A DNA stretch of 64,000 bases from Squalus acanthias (Eukaryota), in assembly GCA_030390025.1 (NCBI GenBank), contig CM059432.1, forward strand, positions 10,106,001 through 10,170,000, in the 5' to 3' direction. Of this stretch, positions 12,322 through 24,574 are shown one piece after another. The position numbers and the translations under genes were made by a program. Below the pieces are notes generated by a model, which made no database searches, was not told where the DNA came from, and saw only the letters and a list, made by a program, of their open reading frames with translations. Numbering within the stretch: position 1 is the first letter of the stretch; every line of letters starts with the position of its first letter.

Positions 12322-12464
12322 ACGATAGCAAAATACTGCGGATGCTGGAAATCCGAAATAACAACAGAAAACGCTGGAAAAACTCAGCAGGCCAGGCAGC
12401 ATCCGTGGAGAGAGAAAGAGAGTTAACGTTTCAGGTCGATGACCTTTCATCAGAACTGGGAAGA
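12322..12464 (-). mobile_element. Penelope-like element end (P2) with 14-bp TSD
   Basis: TSD atgccatttgcctt at 12308-12321 and 12465-12478; carries a hammerhead motif. Confidence 0.85.
12421..12457 (-). ncRNA. Minimal type I hammerhead ribozyme motif
   Basis: agtt-CTGATGA-A-AGGTC-atc-GACCT-GAAA-CGTT-aact: intact core, helix II, helix I agtt/aact, palindromic helix III. Confidence 0.75.
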
Positions 12465-12577
12465 ATGCCATTTGCCTTCCTAACTGCTTGCTGTATCTGC
12501 ATGCTACCTCTGTGTTTCCTGTATGAGGACACCCAAATTTCACTGAACATCAACATTTAATAGTTTCTCACCATTCT

Positions 12578-14104
12578 GGGGGAAAATTCAATAGGTTAGC
12601 GCCTCCCGTTAGGGCCAGCAGCTGGCGCTAACGGGGCGCTGATGCAGTAGCACTGGGGCGAGGCGAATCCAGCACCACACGGCAAATCCGGTCCCCCCCG
12701 TTGCGCCGCTGGTACGAGGTACTGCCGGGTATTTCAACGCCAGGCAGCTCATGAATTCAGTGAGCGTGCAACGCTCACTGGGCGCCCGATCTGCAAAATT
12801 GATTTTCACCACCTACCTTAGCACCTCGACCTGACAGCGAAAGGGAGAGGAGGTGTCAAGCCAGTGGAAGCTGGCTCCAGGGACATTATTTAAAGGGATC
12901 ATGAGTAATGAGTCCCAACTGTCAGTTTAGTGCAGTTTCAGTGCTTTCTTGTCAGTTTGACATTGTACAACAGTTTAATTCAGTAATTTAAAGGTTCTTT
13001 TGTATCAGGAGTGTTGTGGTAACTAAAAAGTAGTTACATTTATTCTTTAAAAATACACTTGGCTTGCATTAATGGGGGCTGTACTGGCAGTCGGTCGGCC
13101 CTCCAGGATCTACGGCAGAGGGAGCGGAGGCAGCGAGAAAGACAGGAACATGTGCCGAGAGGGAGGAGAAGGGCCATCAGGACTCTCAACCCTCCGAGGG
13201 TATTCTGAAAGCACTTCTCCTACCTCCAATTAAGTGAGGAGCAGTGTATTAGATGGCTCCGCATCACCAATGTGGTGGTCACAGAACTCTGCCACCTCCT
13301 CCAAATAGACCTCCAGCCTCACACCAGGATGACTTAAATCCCAGATCTCTTTTGCTCACCACATGCCCATCATACCATCCCTGTGTCATGCCATATCACA
13401 GCCTCCTCCTGGGCGCAAAGGTGAAATGAGAAAGACCACAAAATATTGCAAACTCCATGAATAAATTTATGCATAAACATACATATCACATTCATTCTAA
13501 TAACTAATTACCCTTGTGCCTCCCATAGTTGAATAGCTGTCATTGTGTGCAAGGCATGAGATGTGGGTGTGAGTGTTGGTAGATAGAGATTGTTGGTGGG
13601 TGAGTGCTGGGGGTGTGGTGCCTTGGGGGGGGGGGGGCGGGGTGGTACTTTGGGCAGTGTGTGAAGCTTGTGGTACAGATGGTGTTATGTAGCATTTGTT
13701 GAAGCATTCAATCACCCTGACCACCCGACTGAGGTGGATCTGCCATGAGCACACCTGCTTCAGTCCTCTGGCTCTTCTCCTTGTTGTGCTTCTCCTTGCT
13801 GAGGCAGCTGCACAGCCAGCAATGATGAGAATGAGGTGTTGCAGCATCAATGACCCTCCCCTTTAAGCACTGGGAAAAGCCTGTGGCAATGATGAGTTCT
13901 GATTAGACTGCACCCGATATTGGTCCACCCTTTGAGTGCAACGCCACTGAGCTAGGCCTTTAAGACTTGATTTAGCACCCCAATCATTTCTTTGAGCAGT
14001 GAGAATGAATTTTGCATGCAGTGTAAAGCATTAGCGCCTGACGCTAATTCTCAAACTTTTCTAAAGATACCACCCATTCCTGGGCTATAATGAATTTCTA
14101 ACCC
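12578..14104. mobile_element. Harbinger non-autonomous derivative (1.5 kb)
   Basis: TIRs gggggaaaattc / gaatttctaaccc, TSD tct; collinear with 5795-8873 with further deletions. Confidence 0.88.
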
Positions 14105-14645
14105 TCTGGTTTTCTATTCTTCCTACCAAAGTGAATAACCTCACATTTTCCCACATTATAGTCCATCTGGCATCTTAGTGTTCACTCACTTAACCTATCT
14201 ATATCCCTTTGCAGGATCTTTGTGTCCTCCTGACAGCTTACTGTCCCACCTGGCTTTGTATCGTCAGCAAACTTGGATATATTATACTCGGTTCCTTCAT
14301 CTAAATCATTGATATAGGTTGCAAATAGCTGAGCCCAAGCACTGATCCTTGCGGCACCCCACTAGTTACAGCCTGCCAACCCGAAAAATAACCCGTTTAT
14401 CCCTACTCTCTGGTTTCTGTCTATTAACCAATTCTCTATCTGTGCTGCTATATTACCCACAACCCCATGAGCCCTTAACTTGCGTAACAACTTTTTATGT
14501 GGCACCTTATGTACCAAATATACTACATCCACTGGTTCCCCTTTATCTACCTTGCTACTTACATCCTCAAAAATCTCTAATAAATTTGTTAAACATGATT
14601 TCCCTTTCATAAAACCATGTTGACTCTGCCTAATCACACTATGAT

Positions 14646-14855
14646 GTGGAGATGCCGGTGTTGGACTGGGGTGGACAAATGTGAGAAGTCGCACAACACC
14701 AGGTTATAGTCCAACAATTTTATTTGAAATCACAAGCTTTCGGAGCGCTGCTCCTTCATCAGGTGAAGTCCTGACGAAGGAGCAGCGCTCCGAAAGCTTG
14801 TGATTTCAAATAAAACTGTTGGACTATAACCTGGTGTTGTGCGACTTCTCACATT
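14646..14855. mobile_element. Penelope-like element end (P1), fold-back with 15-bp TSD
   Basis: ~85-bp near-perfect inverted repeat; TSD taatcacactatgat at 14631-14645 and 14856-14870. Confidence 0.88.
14730..14803. ncRNA. Two back-to-back minimal hammerhead motifs (- 14730-14766; + 14771-14803)
   Basis: tcac-CTGA(T/C)GA-A-GGAGC-agc-GCTCC-GAAA-GCTT-gtga; helix I is complete only in the minus-strand copy. Confidence 0.72.
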
Positions 14856-15599
14856 TAATCACACTATGATTTTCTAAGTGCCCTGATACCACTTCCTTAA
14901 CAATGGAATCCAGCATTTTCCTGATGACTGATGTCAGGCTAACTGGCCTGTAGTTCCCTGTTTTCTCTCTCCCTCCTTTGTAGGTTTGGATGAAGAAGAG
15001 ACTCAGCCCATTTCAATCCATTATCAGGAAAAGCTCATCTTGAAAGCTTCCCATTATAGTATTATGTTTCTTAAATATCTCCTTTCCTGCCCTTAACCAC
15101 CATTCCTGGCAACCAGTTCCAGCTACTGATGATGTGTGTAAAGAAGTAGTTGCTGGCATCTGTCCTAAATTTGCTGTTCATCATCCTGAACCTGTGCCCT
15201 CTAGTCCTTTTGCCTTAGCATATCGGAAAGTATTGATCTAAGTTTACTTTCTCTGTCCTGTTAGGTATCACATAGCTTTTGAGTGAGTTTCTGTTAGCAG
15301 TGGTCAGTTAGTAATGGGGAGTCCAGTCAGGCAGTGTTTTAGTTGATAAAGAGAGGCCTCAAAATCGTCTCTGTTCGCTCCAGCCTTGAAAAAGTGCCTG
15401 CCATAGATTTGGAAAATTATTCTTGTTAAAACTGAAGTCCAGCTAATTGGATGAGGTAATACTTTAAAACATGCGGCTTCTCGCTGTGCTAGAGTGAAAG
15501 AAGGGAATAAAAGAAGGGGACGGTTAGAATAGATACTTCAGAAATCGACAAGGCTTGGCCAGCTATCCACTCAAGCTCGAAACCTGTGACGTGATGAAT

Positions 15600-16030
15600 T
15601 CCAAACAAGGCCCCCGTCTGCCCTCTCAGGTGGACGGAAAAGATCCCACGGGCACTATTTCCAGGAAGAGCAGGGGAGGAGTTCTCCCCGGTGTCCTGAC
15701 CAATATTTATCCCTCAATCAACATCACTAAAAAAACAGATGATCTGGTCATTATCACATTGCTGTTTGTGGGAGCTTGCTGTGCGCAAATTGGCTGCCGC
15801 GTTTCCCACATCACGACAGTGACTGCACTTCAAAAAGAAATTCACTGGCTGTAAAGCGCTTTGAAACGTCCTGAGGTCATGAAAGGCACGATATAAATGC
15901 AAGTCTGCTTCTGCCGCGTTTCCCACATTACAACAGTGACTCCACTTCAAAAGTACTTCATTGGCTGAAAAGCGCTTTAGGACGTCCGGTGGTCATGAAA
16001 GGCGCTATATAAATGCAAGTCTTTCTTTTA
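15600..16030 (+). mobile_element. Deu-domain SINE, 5'-truncated, duplicated 3' segment
   Basis: Deu core; ctgccgcgtttcccacat...aaatgcaagtct occurs twice in tandem. Confidence 0.8.
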
Positions 16031-16267
16031 TCTTTCTTTTCTCTTCTCTCCAGTACATGGTAGCGTAAGGGTCTCAGGTATATGTGTAATTATTATTAGC
16101 AATGGTTATCATTATATATGTGTAATTGTTGATAATAATGGTTATCATTGGATGCTTAATTCCTATGAAAGCCAATAAATGCCTTTGAACCCTAAAATCT
16201 TCTGGAATAATTTATAAACTTATAAGTAAGAATATCCATTCACTAACAAGTTTCACTCAACACTTCT

Positions 16268-16792
16268 CATAGAGTCATACGGCACAGAAGGAGGCCATTC
16301 GGCCCATCGAGTCCGTGCCAGCTCTCTGTAGAGCAATCCAGTCAGTCCCATTCCCGCGCTCTATCCCCGTAGCCCTGCAAGTTTATTTCCCTCAAGTGCC
16401 TATCCAGTCTCCCCTTGAAAACATTGAGTGTCTCCGCTTCCACCACTTCCGTCGGTAGCGAATTCCTGGTCATCACCACTCGCTGCGTAAAAAAGTTTTT
16501 CCTCACGTCTCCCCTGTATCTCTTACCCAAAACCTTAAATCTGTGTCCCCTAGTCCTTGTACCATCAACTAGTGGGAACAGCCTTTCCCCGTCTAGCCTA
16601 TCTAAACCAGTCATAATCTTGTACACCTCTATCAAATCACCCCTCACCTCCTTTGCTCTAATGAAAACAAATCCAGCTTCACCAACCTGTCCTTGTAGCT
16701 AAGATCCCCCATCCCCGGAACCATTCTGGTAAATCTCCTCTGCACCCTCTCAAGGGCCTCACATCCTTCCTAAAGTGTGGTGACCAGAACTG
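16268..16792 (-). mobile_element. CR1 3' end
   Basis: RGDLIEVYKI...TRGHRFK...NFFTQRVV peptide. Confidence 0.9.
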
Positions 16793-17972
16793 GAGGCACA
16801 CTTCTTTTAGAAACTGAGTTGACTTGGGCCTGCCAATTGCATAGCAAATTCCACAAGTTACTAGCAAAACTACAGTCTAAATCCCTTCATTTAACTCATG
16901 GCTCAACATTTCTAGGAGTTCCTGTTTTGGCCACTATCTTTCGCACAGAATCGCTATCTCCCATCCCTAGTCCTGCCAAACATGAGCAACCTCTCTTCTG
17001 GACAGTCACTAGACGCTCTGATGGGATTGTTATCTCCCATGCCGGACCTGTTAATTGCCAAAGTGGCTTTCTTTCAATCCATTCAGCTGGAATACTCTTT
17101 CCCATTGCACATTGAACTGGCCATTGTTATTCAAGACATTTAAGAGATAATATTGCTTTAATTATTTTAATTGCAATCGGTAGAGCTTTCCCCACAACTA
17201 ATAGCAAGCTTGTGCTTCCATCATACTCCCAATAACTTTTCTCCATTCTTTATGGTTGCTGCCTCTGTGTCATGAAGAATTTATCTGAAGTCCCAAGACC
17301 AGGAGATTAGCTTGTCGTTGCAGCTGACATCCATTCTCCTGGTGATTTCAGGACTGATGTTATCACATCCAGATTGAAGTAATAGAGGACCGTTGTCAAT
17401 TTCTGCCTGAGTGACTGCTCAATTTCAATAGAGTTGTGCATAATGTCATTCTAAATCGAAGTTCCAATTGTGCATGCTATACTTCTTGGAAGCATATTAT
17501 TTAACGGTGTCAGCCATGGTTCAGTTGGTAGCACTCTCACCTCTGAATCTAGAAGGCTGTGGGTTCATTGTCCCACTCCCGATTCCTGAGCACAGAATCT
17601 AGGTTGGCACTCCCAGTGCAGTGCTGAGGGAGTGCTGCACTGTTGGAAGTGCTGTTTTTCGGATGAGAGGTTAAACCGAGGCCCCGTCTGCTCTCTCAGA
17701 TGGATGTAAAAGATCCCACAGCACTATTTCGAAGAAGAACAGGGGAGTTCTTCCTGGTGTCCTGGCCAATATTTATCCTTCAACCAACATCACTAAAACA
17801 AACAGATGATCTGGTCATTATCCCATTGCTGTTTATGGGAGCTTGCTGTGCACAAATTAACTGCCGTGTTTCCTACATTACAATAGTGACTACACTTCAA
17901 AAAAGTACTTTTTTTTTTATTCGTTCCTGGGATATAGGTGTCGCTGGCAAGGCCAGCATTTATTACCCATCC

Positions 17973-20883
17973 CTAGTTGCCCTTGAGACGGTGGTGGTGA
18001 GCCGCCTTCTTGAACCGCCGCAGTCCGTGTGGTGATGGTACTCCCACAGTGCTGTTAGGTAGGGAGTTCCAGGATTTTGACCCAGCGACGATGAAGGATC
18101 GGTGATATACTTCCAAGTCAGGATGGTGTGTGACTTGGAGGGGAACTTGGAGGTGGTGGTGTTCCCATGCGCCTGCTGCCCTTGTCCTTCTAGGTGGAAG
18201 AGGTTGCGGGTTTGGGAGGTGCTGCCGAAGAAGCCTTGGCGAGTTGCTGCAGTGCATCTTGTAGATGGTACACACTGCAGCCACGGTACGCCGGTGGTGG
18301 AGGGAGTGAATGTTTAAGGTGGTGGATGGGGGTGCCAATCAAACGGGCTGCTTTGTCCTGTATGGTGTCGAGTTTCTTGAGTGTTGTTGGAGCTGCACTC
18401 ATCCAGGCAAGTAGAGAGTATTCCATCACACTCCTTACTTGTGCCTTGTAGATGGTAGAAAGACTTTGGGGAGTCAGGAGGTGAGACACTCGCCGCAGAA
18501 TACCTAGCCTCTGACCTGCTCTTGTTGCCACAGTATTTATGTGGCTGGTCCAGTTAAGTTTCTGGTCAATGGTGACCCCCCAGGATGTTGATGGTGGGGG
18601 ATTTGGTGATTGTAATGCCATTGAATGTCAAGGGGCGGTGGTTAAAGACTCTCGCTTGTTGGAGATAGTCATTGCCTGGAAATTCTGTGGCACGAATGAT
18701 ACCTGCCACCTATCAGCCCAAGCCTGAACATCGTCCAGGTCTTGTTGCATGCGGGCATGGACTGCTTCATTATCTGAGGAGTTGTGAATGGCACTGAACA
18801 CTGTGCAGTCATCAGCGAACATCCCCATTTCTGACCTTATGTTGGAGGGAAGGTCATTGATGAAGCAGCTGAAGATGGTTGGGCCTAGGACACTGTCCTG
18901 AGGAACTCCTGCAGCGATTTCCTGGGGCTGTGATGATTGACCTTCAATCACCACAACCATCTTCTTTTGTGCTCGGCATGACTCCAGCCAGTGGAGAGTT
19001 TTCCCCCTGATTCCCATTGACTTCAGTTTTACTAGGGCTCCTTGATGCCACACTCGGTCATATGCTGCCTTGATGTCAAGGGCAGTCATTCTCAACTGAC
19101 CTCTGGAATTCAGCTCCTTTGTCCATGTTTGGACCAAGGCTGTAATGAGGTCGGGAGCAGAGTGGTCTTGGCGGAACCCAAACTGGGCATCAGTGAGCAG
19201 GTTCCGCTTAATAGCACTGTCGATGACACCTTCCATCACTTTGCTGATGATTGAGAGTAGACTGATGGGGCAGTAATTGGCCGGGTTGGATTTGTCCTGC
19301 TTTTTATGGACAGGACATACCTGGGCAGTTTTCCACATTGTCGGATAGATGCCAGTGTTGTAGCTGTACTGGAACAGCTTGGCTAGAGGCGCGGCTAGTT
19401 CTGGAGCACAAGTCTTCAGCACGATAGCCAGGATGTTGTCAGGGCCCATAGCCTTTGCTGTATCCAGTGCGCTCAGCCATTTCTTGATATCACGTGGAGT
19501 GAATCAAATTAGCTGAAGACTGGCTTCTGTGATGGTGGGGACCTCAGGAGGAGGCCGATATGGATGGTCCACTCGGCACTTCTGGCTGAAGACGGTTGCA
19601 AACGCTTCAGCCAAACGCTGGGCTCCACCATCATTGAGGATGGGGATATTATTGGAGCCTCCTCCTCCCGTTAGTTGTTTAATGGTCCACCACCATTCAC
19701 AACTGGATGTGGCAGAACTGCAGAGCTTTGATCTGATCCGTTGATTGTGGGATCGCTTAGCCCTGTCTATAGCATGCTGCTTCCGCTTTTTAGCATGCAT
19801 GTAGTCCTGTGTTGCAGCTTCCCCAGGTTGGCACCTCATTTTTAGGTACGCCTGGTGCTGCTCCTGGCATGCTCTTCTACATTCCTTATTGAATCAGGGT
19901 TGGTCCCCTGGCTTGATGGTAATGGTAGAGTGAGGGATATGCCAGGCCATGAGGTTACAGATTGTGGTGGAATACAATTCTGCTGCTGCTGATGGCCCAC
20001 AGTGCCTCATGGATGCCCAGTTTTGAGCTGTTAGATCTGTTCTGAATCTATCCCATTTAGCACGGTGGTAGTGCCACACAACACGATGGAGGGTGTCCTC
20101 TGTGTGAAGACGGGACTTTGTCTCCACAAGGATTGTGCGGTGGTCACTGCTACCAATACTGTCATGGACAGATGCATCTGCGACAGGTAGATTGGTGAGG
20201 ACGAGGTCAAGTAGGTTTTTCCCTCATGTTGGTTCTCTCACCACCTGTTGCAGGCCCAGACTGGCAGTTACGTCCTTCAGGACTCGGCAAGTAGTGCTAA
20301 CGAGCCACTCTTGGTGATGGACATTGAAGTCCCCCACCCAGAGAACATTCTGCGCCCTTGCTACTCTCAGTGCTTCGTCCAAATGGTGTTCAACATGGAG
20401 GAGTACTGACTCATCAGCTGAGGGAGGGCGGTAGGTGGTAATCAGCAGGAGGTTTCCTTGCCCATGCTTGACCTGAAGCCATGAGACTTCATGGGGTCCG
20501 GAGTCAATGTTGAGGACTCCCAGGGCCACTCCTTCCCGAGTGTATACCACTGTGCCACCACCCCTGGTGGGTCTGTCCTGCCGGAGAGACAGGACGTACC
20601 CAGGGATGGTGATGGAGGAGTTTGGGACATTGGCTGAAAGGTATGATTCTGTGAGTATGACTATGTCAGGCTGTTGATTGACTAGTCTGTGGGACTGCTC
20701 TCCCAATGTTGGCACAAGTCCCCAGATGTTGGTGAGGAGGACTTTGCAGGGTCGACTGGGCTGGGTGTGCCGTTGCCGTGTCCGTAGCCGGTGCCGAGGT
20801 CAACGCCGGGTGGTCCGTCCGGTTTTATTTTTATTATTCTTTCTTGTAGCGGTTTGTTACAACTGAGCGGCTTGCTGGGCCAT
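17973..20883 (-). pseudogene. Disrupted APE-RT polyprotein ORF of LINE family B
   Basis: ATG at 20883 (gaaATGg) is in frame with KVLLTNIWGL apart from two stops; later ORF pieces are 20224-20715, 19894-20127, 19504-19839, 18628-19449 and 17973-18338. Confidence 0.8.
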
Positions 20884-21024
20884 TTCAGAGGGCAGTTAAG
20901 AGTCAACCACATTGCTGTGGTTCTGGAGTCACATATAGACCAGACCAGGTAAGGACATTCAGATTTCCTTCCCTAAAGGACATTAGTTAATTAACTGAAT
21001 TTAAATTCCCCAGCTGCCATACTA

Positions 21025-21099
21025 GGATTTGAACTCACATCTCTGGATCATTAATTGAGGCCTCTGTATTACTAGTCCAGTAACATAACCACTCTGCTA
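21025..21099 (-). promoter_or_regulatory. Pol III type-2 internal promoter: A box TAGCAGAGTGG (21099-21089), B box GAGTTCAAATCC (21036-21025)
   Basis: Matches TRGCNNARYGG and GWTCRANNC; anticodon-like arm ctgga-ctAGTaa-t(a/c)cag lies between them. Confidence 0.75.
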
Positions 21100-21282
21100 C
21101 CGTACCTACTTCATTGGCTACAAACAAATTAGAACGTACCGAGATCATGAAAATAACTAGATAATTACAAGACTTTCTTTTTTTCTTTATTTATATATCT
21201 ATCACCATACACCTTCCAGCAGCTTTTAAGGCGTACTTTGAACATTAATTAATCCGATGCGTTCGAGCTCTTACCAAGTATA

Positions 21283-22232
21283 TATTAATGATCTAGATGA
21301 GGGACCTAGATGTAATATCTCCAAGTTTGCAGACGACACAAAGCTGGGTGGGCGTGTGTGTTGTGAGGAGGATGCAGAGAAACTCCAGTATGATTTGGAC
21401 AAGTTGGGTGATTGGGCAGATGCAGTATAAATGCGAGGTTATCCACTTTGGTGGCAAAAACAGGAAGGCAGATTATTATCTGAACGGCAATAGATTGGGA
21501 AAAGGGGAAGTGCAACAAGACCTGGGAGTCTTTTGTGCACCAGTCGTTGAAGGTAAGCATGCAGGTGCAGCAGGCGGTTAAGAAGGCAAATGGTATGTTG
21601 GCCTTCATAGTGAGAGGATTCGAGTACAGGAGCAAGGATGTCTTGCTGCAGTTGTACAGGGCCTTGGTGAGACCACACCTTGAGTATTGTGTGCAGTTTT
21701 GGTCGCCTTATCTGAGGAAGGATGTTCTTGCCATGGAGGGAGTGCAGCGAAGATTCACCAGACTGATACCTGGGATGGCAGGAATGACGTATGAAGAGAG
21801 ATTGGGACGATTGGGCTTGTATTCGCTAGGGTTTAGAAGAATGAGAGGGGATCTCATTGAAACTTATAAAATTCTAACAGAACTAGACAGACTAGATGCA
21901 GGAAGGATGTTCCCGATGGCAGGGGAGTCCAGAACCAGGGGTCACAGTCTAAGGATAAGGGGTAAGCCATTTAGGACTGAGATGAGGAGGAATTTCTTCA
22001 CCCAGAGAGTGGTGAACCTGTGGAATTCTCGACCACAGAAGGCAGTTGAGGCCAATTCATTAAATATATTCAAGAAGGAGTTAGATATATTTCTTAAGGC
22101 TAAAGGGATCAAGGGATATGGGGAGAAAGCAGGGACAGGGTACTGAATTTGGATGATCAGCCATGATCTCATTAAATGGCGGAGCAGGCTCGAGGGGCCG
22201 AATGGCCTACTCCTGCTCCTATCTTCTATGTT
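21283..22232 (+). mobile_element. CR1 RT/3' portion
   Basis: [24 protein letters not shown] motifs; 3' UTR. Confidence 0.92.
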
Positions 22233-22849
22233 AAGTATAGATTTGGTGGGTCACCTTACTTTTCATTCAGTCTGACAGCTTCTTTTTTTTGTGACTAATC
22301 GAGAATATTCTCTGCTCAGCGGGAGATCTTTGTGAATCTCACAATGGTGGCCATGTTGACTTTGAACGATGGTGTAAAACGGGACGATATGGGTTTGGCC
22401 ACCTGTTAATCACACCTCCCCATTTACCTTCCCATTCACTCCGATGGCCCAGCCCCATAGTCTGCTTTTTACAAGATCGTCCGACATCAATATTACCCCC
22501 CACAAGTTCAGGTGAAGAAAAACACTCAGCTCATCTGAGCTCATCCTTTCCAAATTCTAACCATCCCGTTATAGTATCTGTTTCTTCAGCAACTGCTTTC
22601 CTGTCCTGAATCCCCACTCCCAGCAGCCTGCTCCAGATGTTGGTTATCTGTGAACAATCTAAACCCAAATTGCTTATTTAAGATGCATTGCCTTTCTGTA
22701 TATGTAATGTAAACATTTGGAGAGAAAATGATGCAGCTGACTTTCTAATATGCCCCGACAGGCTAATGAGTTGCTCGCTGGAAGGGTAAAGTTGGACAAT
22801 TACCACCGCAGAGCACAGCTTGTAAGGACTTGGGGAAATATTTTATAAC

Positions 22850-23258
22850 ACTCCAGGGGACTTGAGCACATAAAGCTAGGCTGACACTCCCAGTGCCAGT
22901 GCTGAGGGAGTGCTGCACTGTCTGAGGTGCCGTCTTTCGGATGAGATGTTAAACCGAGGCCCCGTCTGCTCTCTCAGGTGGACGTAAAAGATCCCGTGGC
23001 CGCTATTTCGAAGAAGAGCAGGGGGGAGTTATCCCCGGTGTCCTGGCCAATATATTTATCCCTCAACCAACATCACAAAAACAAATTATCTGGTCATTAT
23101 CACATTGCTGTTTGTGGGACCTTGCTGTGTGCAAATTGGCTGCCACGTTTCCCACATTACAACAGTGACTCCACTTCAAAAGTATTTTATTGGCTGTAAA
23201 GCGCTTTGAGACGTCCGGTGGTCATGAAAGGCGCTATATAAATGCAAGTCTTTCTTTC
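22850..23258 (+). mobile_element. Deu-domain SINE
   Basis: Deu core and (cttt)n tail. Confidence 0.85.
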
Positions 23259-23462
23259 TAACAGACACTGAAGGGTTAACAGCATTCTACCATACCAACT
23301 GTGCACTTCAGAGTAACTCAATGCTTGTGAAGCACTTTGGGACATTTCTGAGGGATGTGGTTACTGGTTAGGTGTCTAATTGGCTCAGTTCATAGTATTC
23401 TCACCTCTCATACTTCTCAGTTGGAAGGTTGTGAGTTCAAGCACCACTCCCAGATTTGAACA

Positions 23463-24452
23463 GTGCTTGGGCCTCAGCTGTTTACAATCTACATCAATGA
23501 TTTGGATGAGGGGACCAAATGTAATATATCCAAGTTTGCTGATGATACAAAGCTAGGTGGGAATGTAAGTTGTAAGGAGGATGCAAAGAGGCTGCAAGGG
23601 GATATTGACAGGTTAAGTGAGTGGGCAAGAACATGGCAAATGGAATATAATGTGAAGTTATCCACTTTGGTAGGAAAAATAGAAAAGCAGAGTACTTTGT
23701 AAATGGTGAGAGATTGGGAAATGTTGGTGTTCAGAGGGACCTGGGTGTCCTTGTATACAAATCTCTGAAAGTTAACCTGCAGGTACAGCAAGCAATTGGG
23801 AAAGCAAATGGTATGTTGGCCTTTATTACAAAAGGATTTCAGTATAAGAGTAAAGACATCTTACTGCAATTATATAGGGCCCTGGTGAGACCACACCTAG
23901 AGTATTGTGTACAGTTTTGGTCTCCTTACCTAAGGAAGGATATACTTGCCATAGAGGGAGTGCAATGAAGGTTCACCAGACTGCTTCCTGGGATGGGGGG
24001 ATTGTATTATGAGGAGAGATTGAGTAGACTAGGCCTATATTCTCTAGAGTTTAGAAGAATGAGAGGCAATCTCATTGAAACATACAAAATTCTTACAGGG
24101 CTTGACAGGGTAGATGCAGGGAGGATGTTTCCCCTGGCTGTGGAGTCTAGAACCAGGGGTCACAGTCTCAGAATAAGGGGTCGGCCATTTAGGACTGAGA
24201 TGAGGAGAAATTTCTTCACTCAGAGGGTGGTGAATCTTTGGAATTCTCTACCCCAGAGGGCTGTGGAGGCTCAGTCATTGAGTATATTCAAGACAGAGAT
24301 CGATACATTTTTGGATATTAAGGGAATCAAGGGATATGGGGATAGTGCAAGAAAGTGGAGTTGAGGTAGAAGATCAGCCATGATTTTATTGAATGGCGGA
24401 GCAGGCTCGAAGGGCCGAATGGCCGACTCCTGCTCCTATTTCTTATGTTCTT
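23463..24452 (+). mobile_element. CR1 RT/3' portion
   Basis: [13 protein letters not shown]...KFADDTK...NFFTQRVV. Confidence 0.92.
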
Positions 24453-24574
24453 ATATAATATAGAATAACACTTAATTGCGGTCATGAGAGGATGTGTAGC
24501 TGCATTGTTAGAAGTGCTGTATTTTGGGTGAGACATTATACCCAGGCCCCATCTAGCTGTTGAAGTGGATGTAC

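Larger units (their letters stand above)
9648..14978 (-). mobile_element. CR1 copy split by nested insertions (pieces ~9648-9829, 10321-10473, 11999-12321, 12465-12577, 14105-14645, 14856-14978)
   Basis: Pieces are collinear with the CR1 RT/3' UTR at 50850-53430. Confidence 0.85.
17911..21106 (-). mobile_element. Full-length LINE family B (CR1-group, single APE-RT ORF, tRNA-like head)
   Basis: TSD tactt (17906-17910, 21107-21111); poly(A) tail; APE motifs (TNIWGL, ILTESYL, YRPP, VGDFN) and RT motifs (QFGFR, DIKAAYDRV, GVPQ.SVLGP, FADD). Confidence 0.92.
17507..21185 (+). mobile_element. Deu-domain SINE split by the family B LINE (17507-17910 and 21107-21185)
   Basis: Consensus cttcaaaaagtactt|cattggct is restored when 17911-21106 and one tactt copy are removed. 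Confidence 0.85.
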
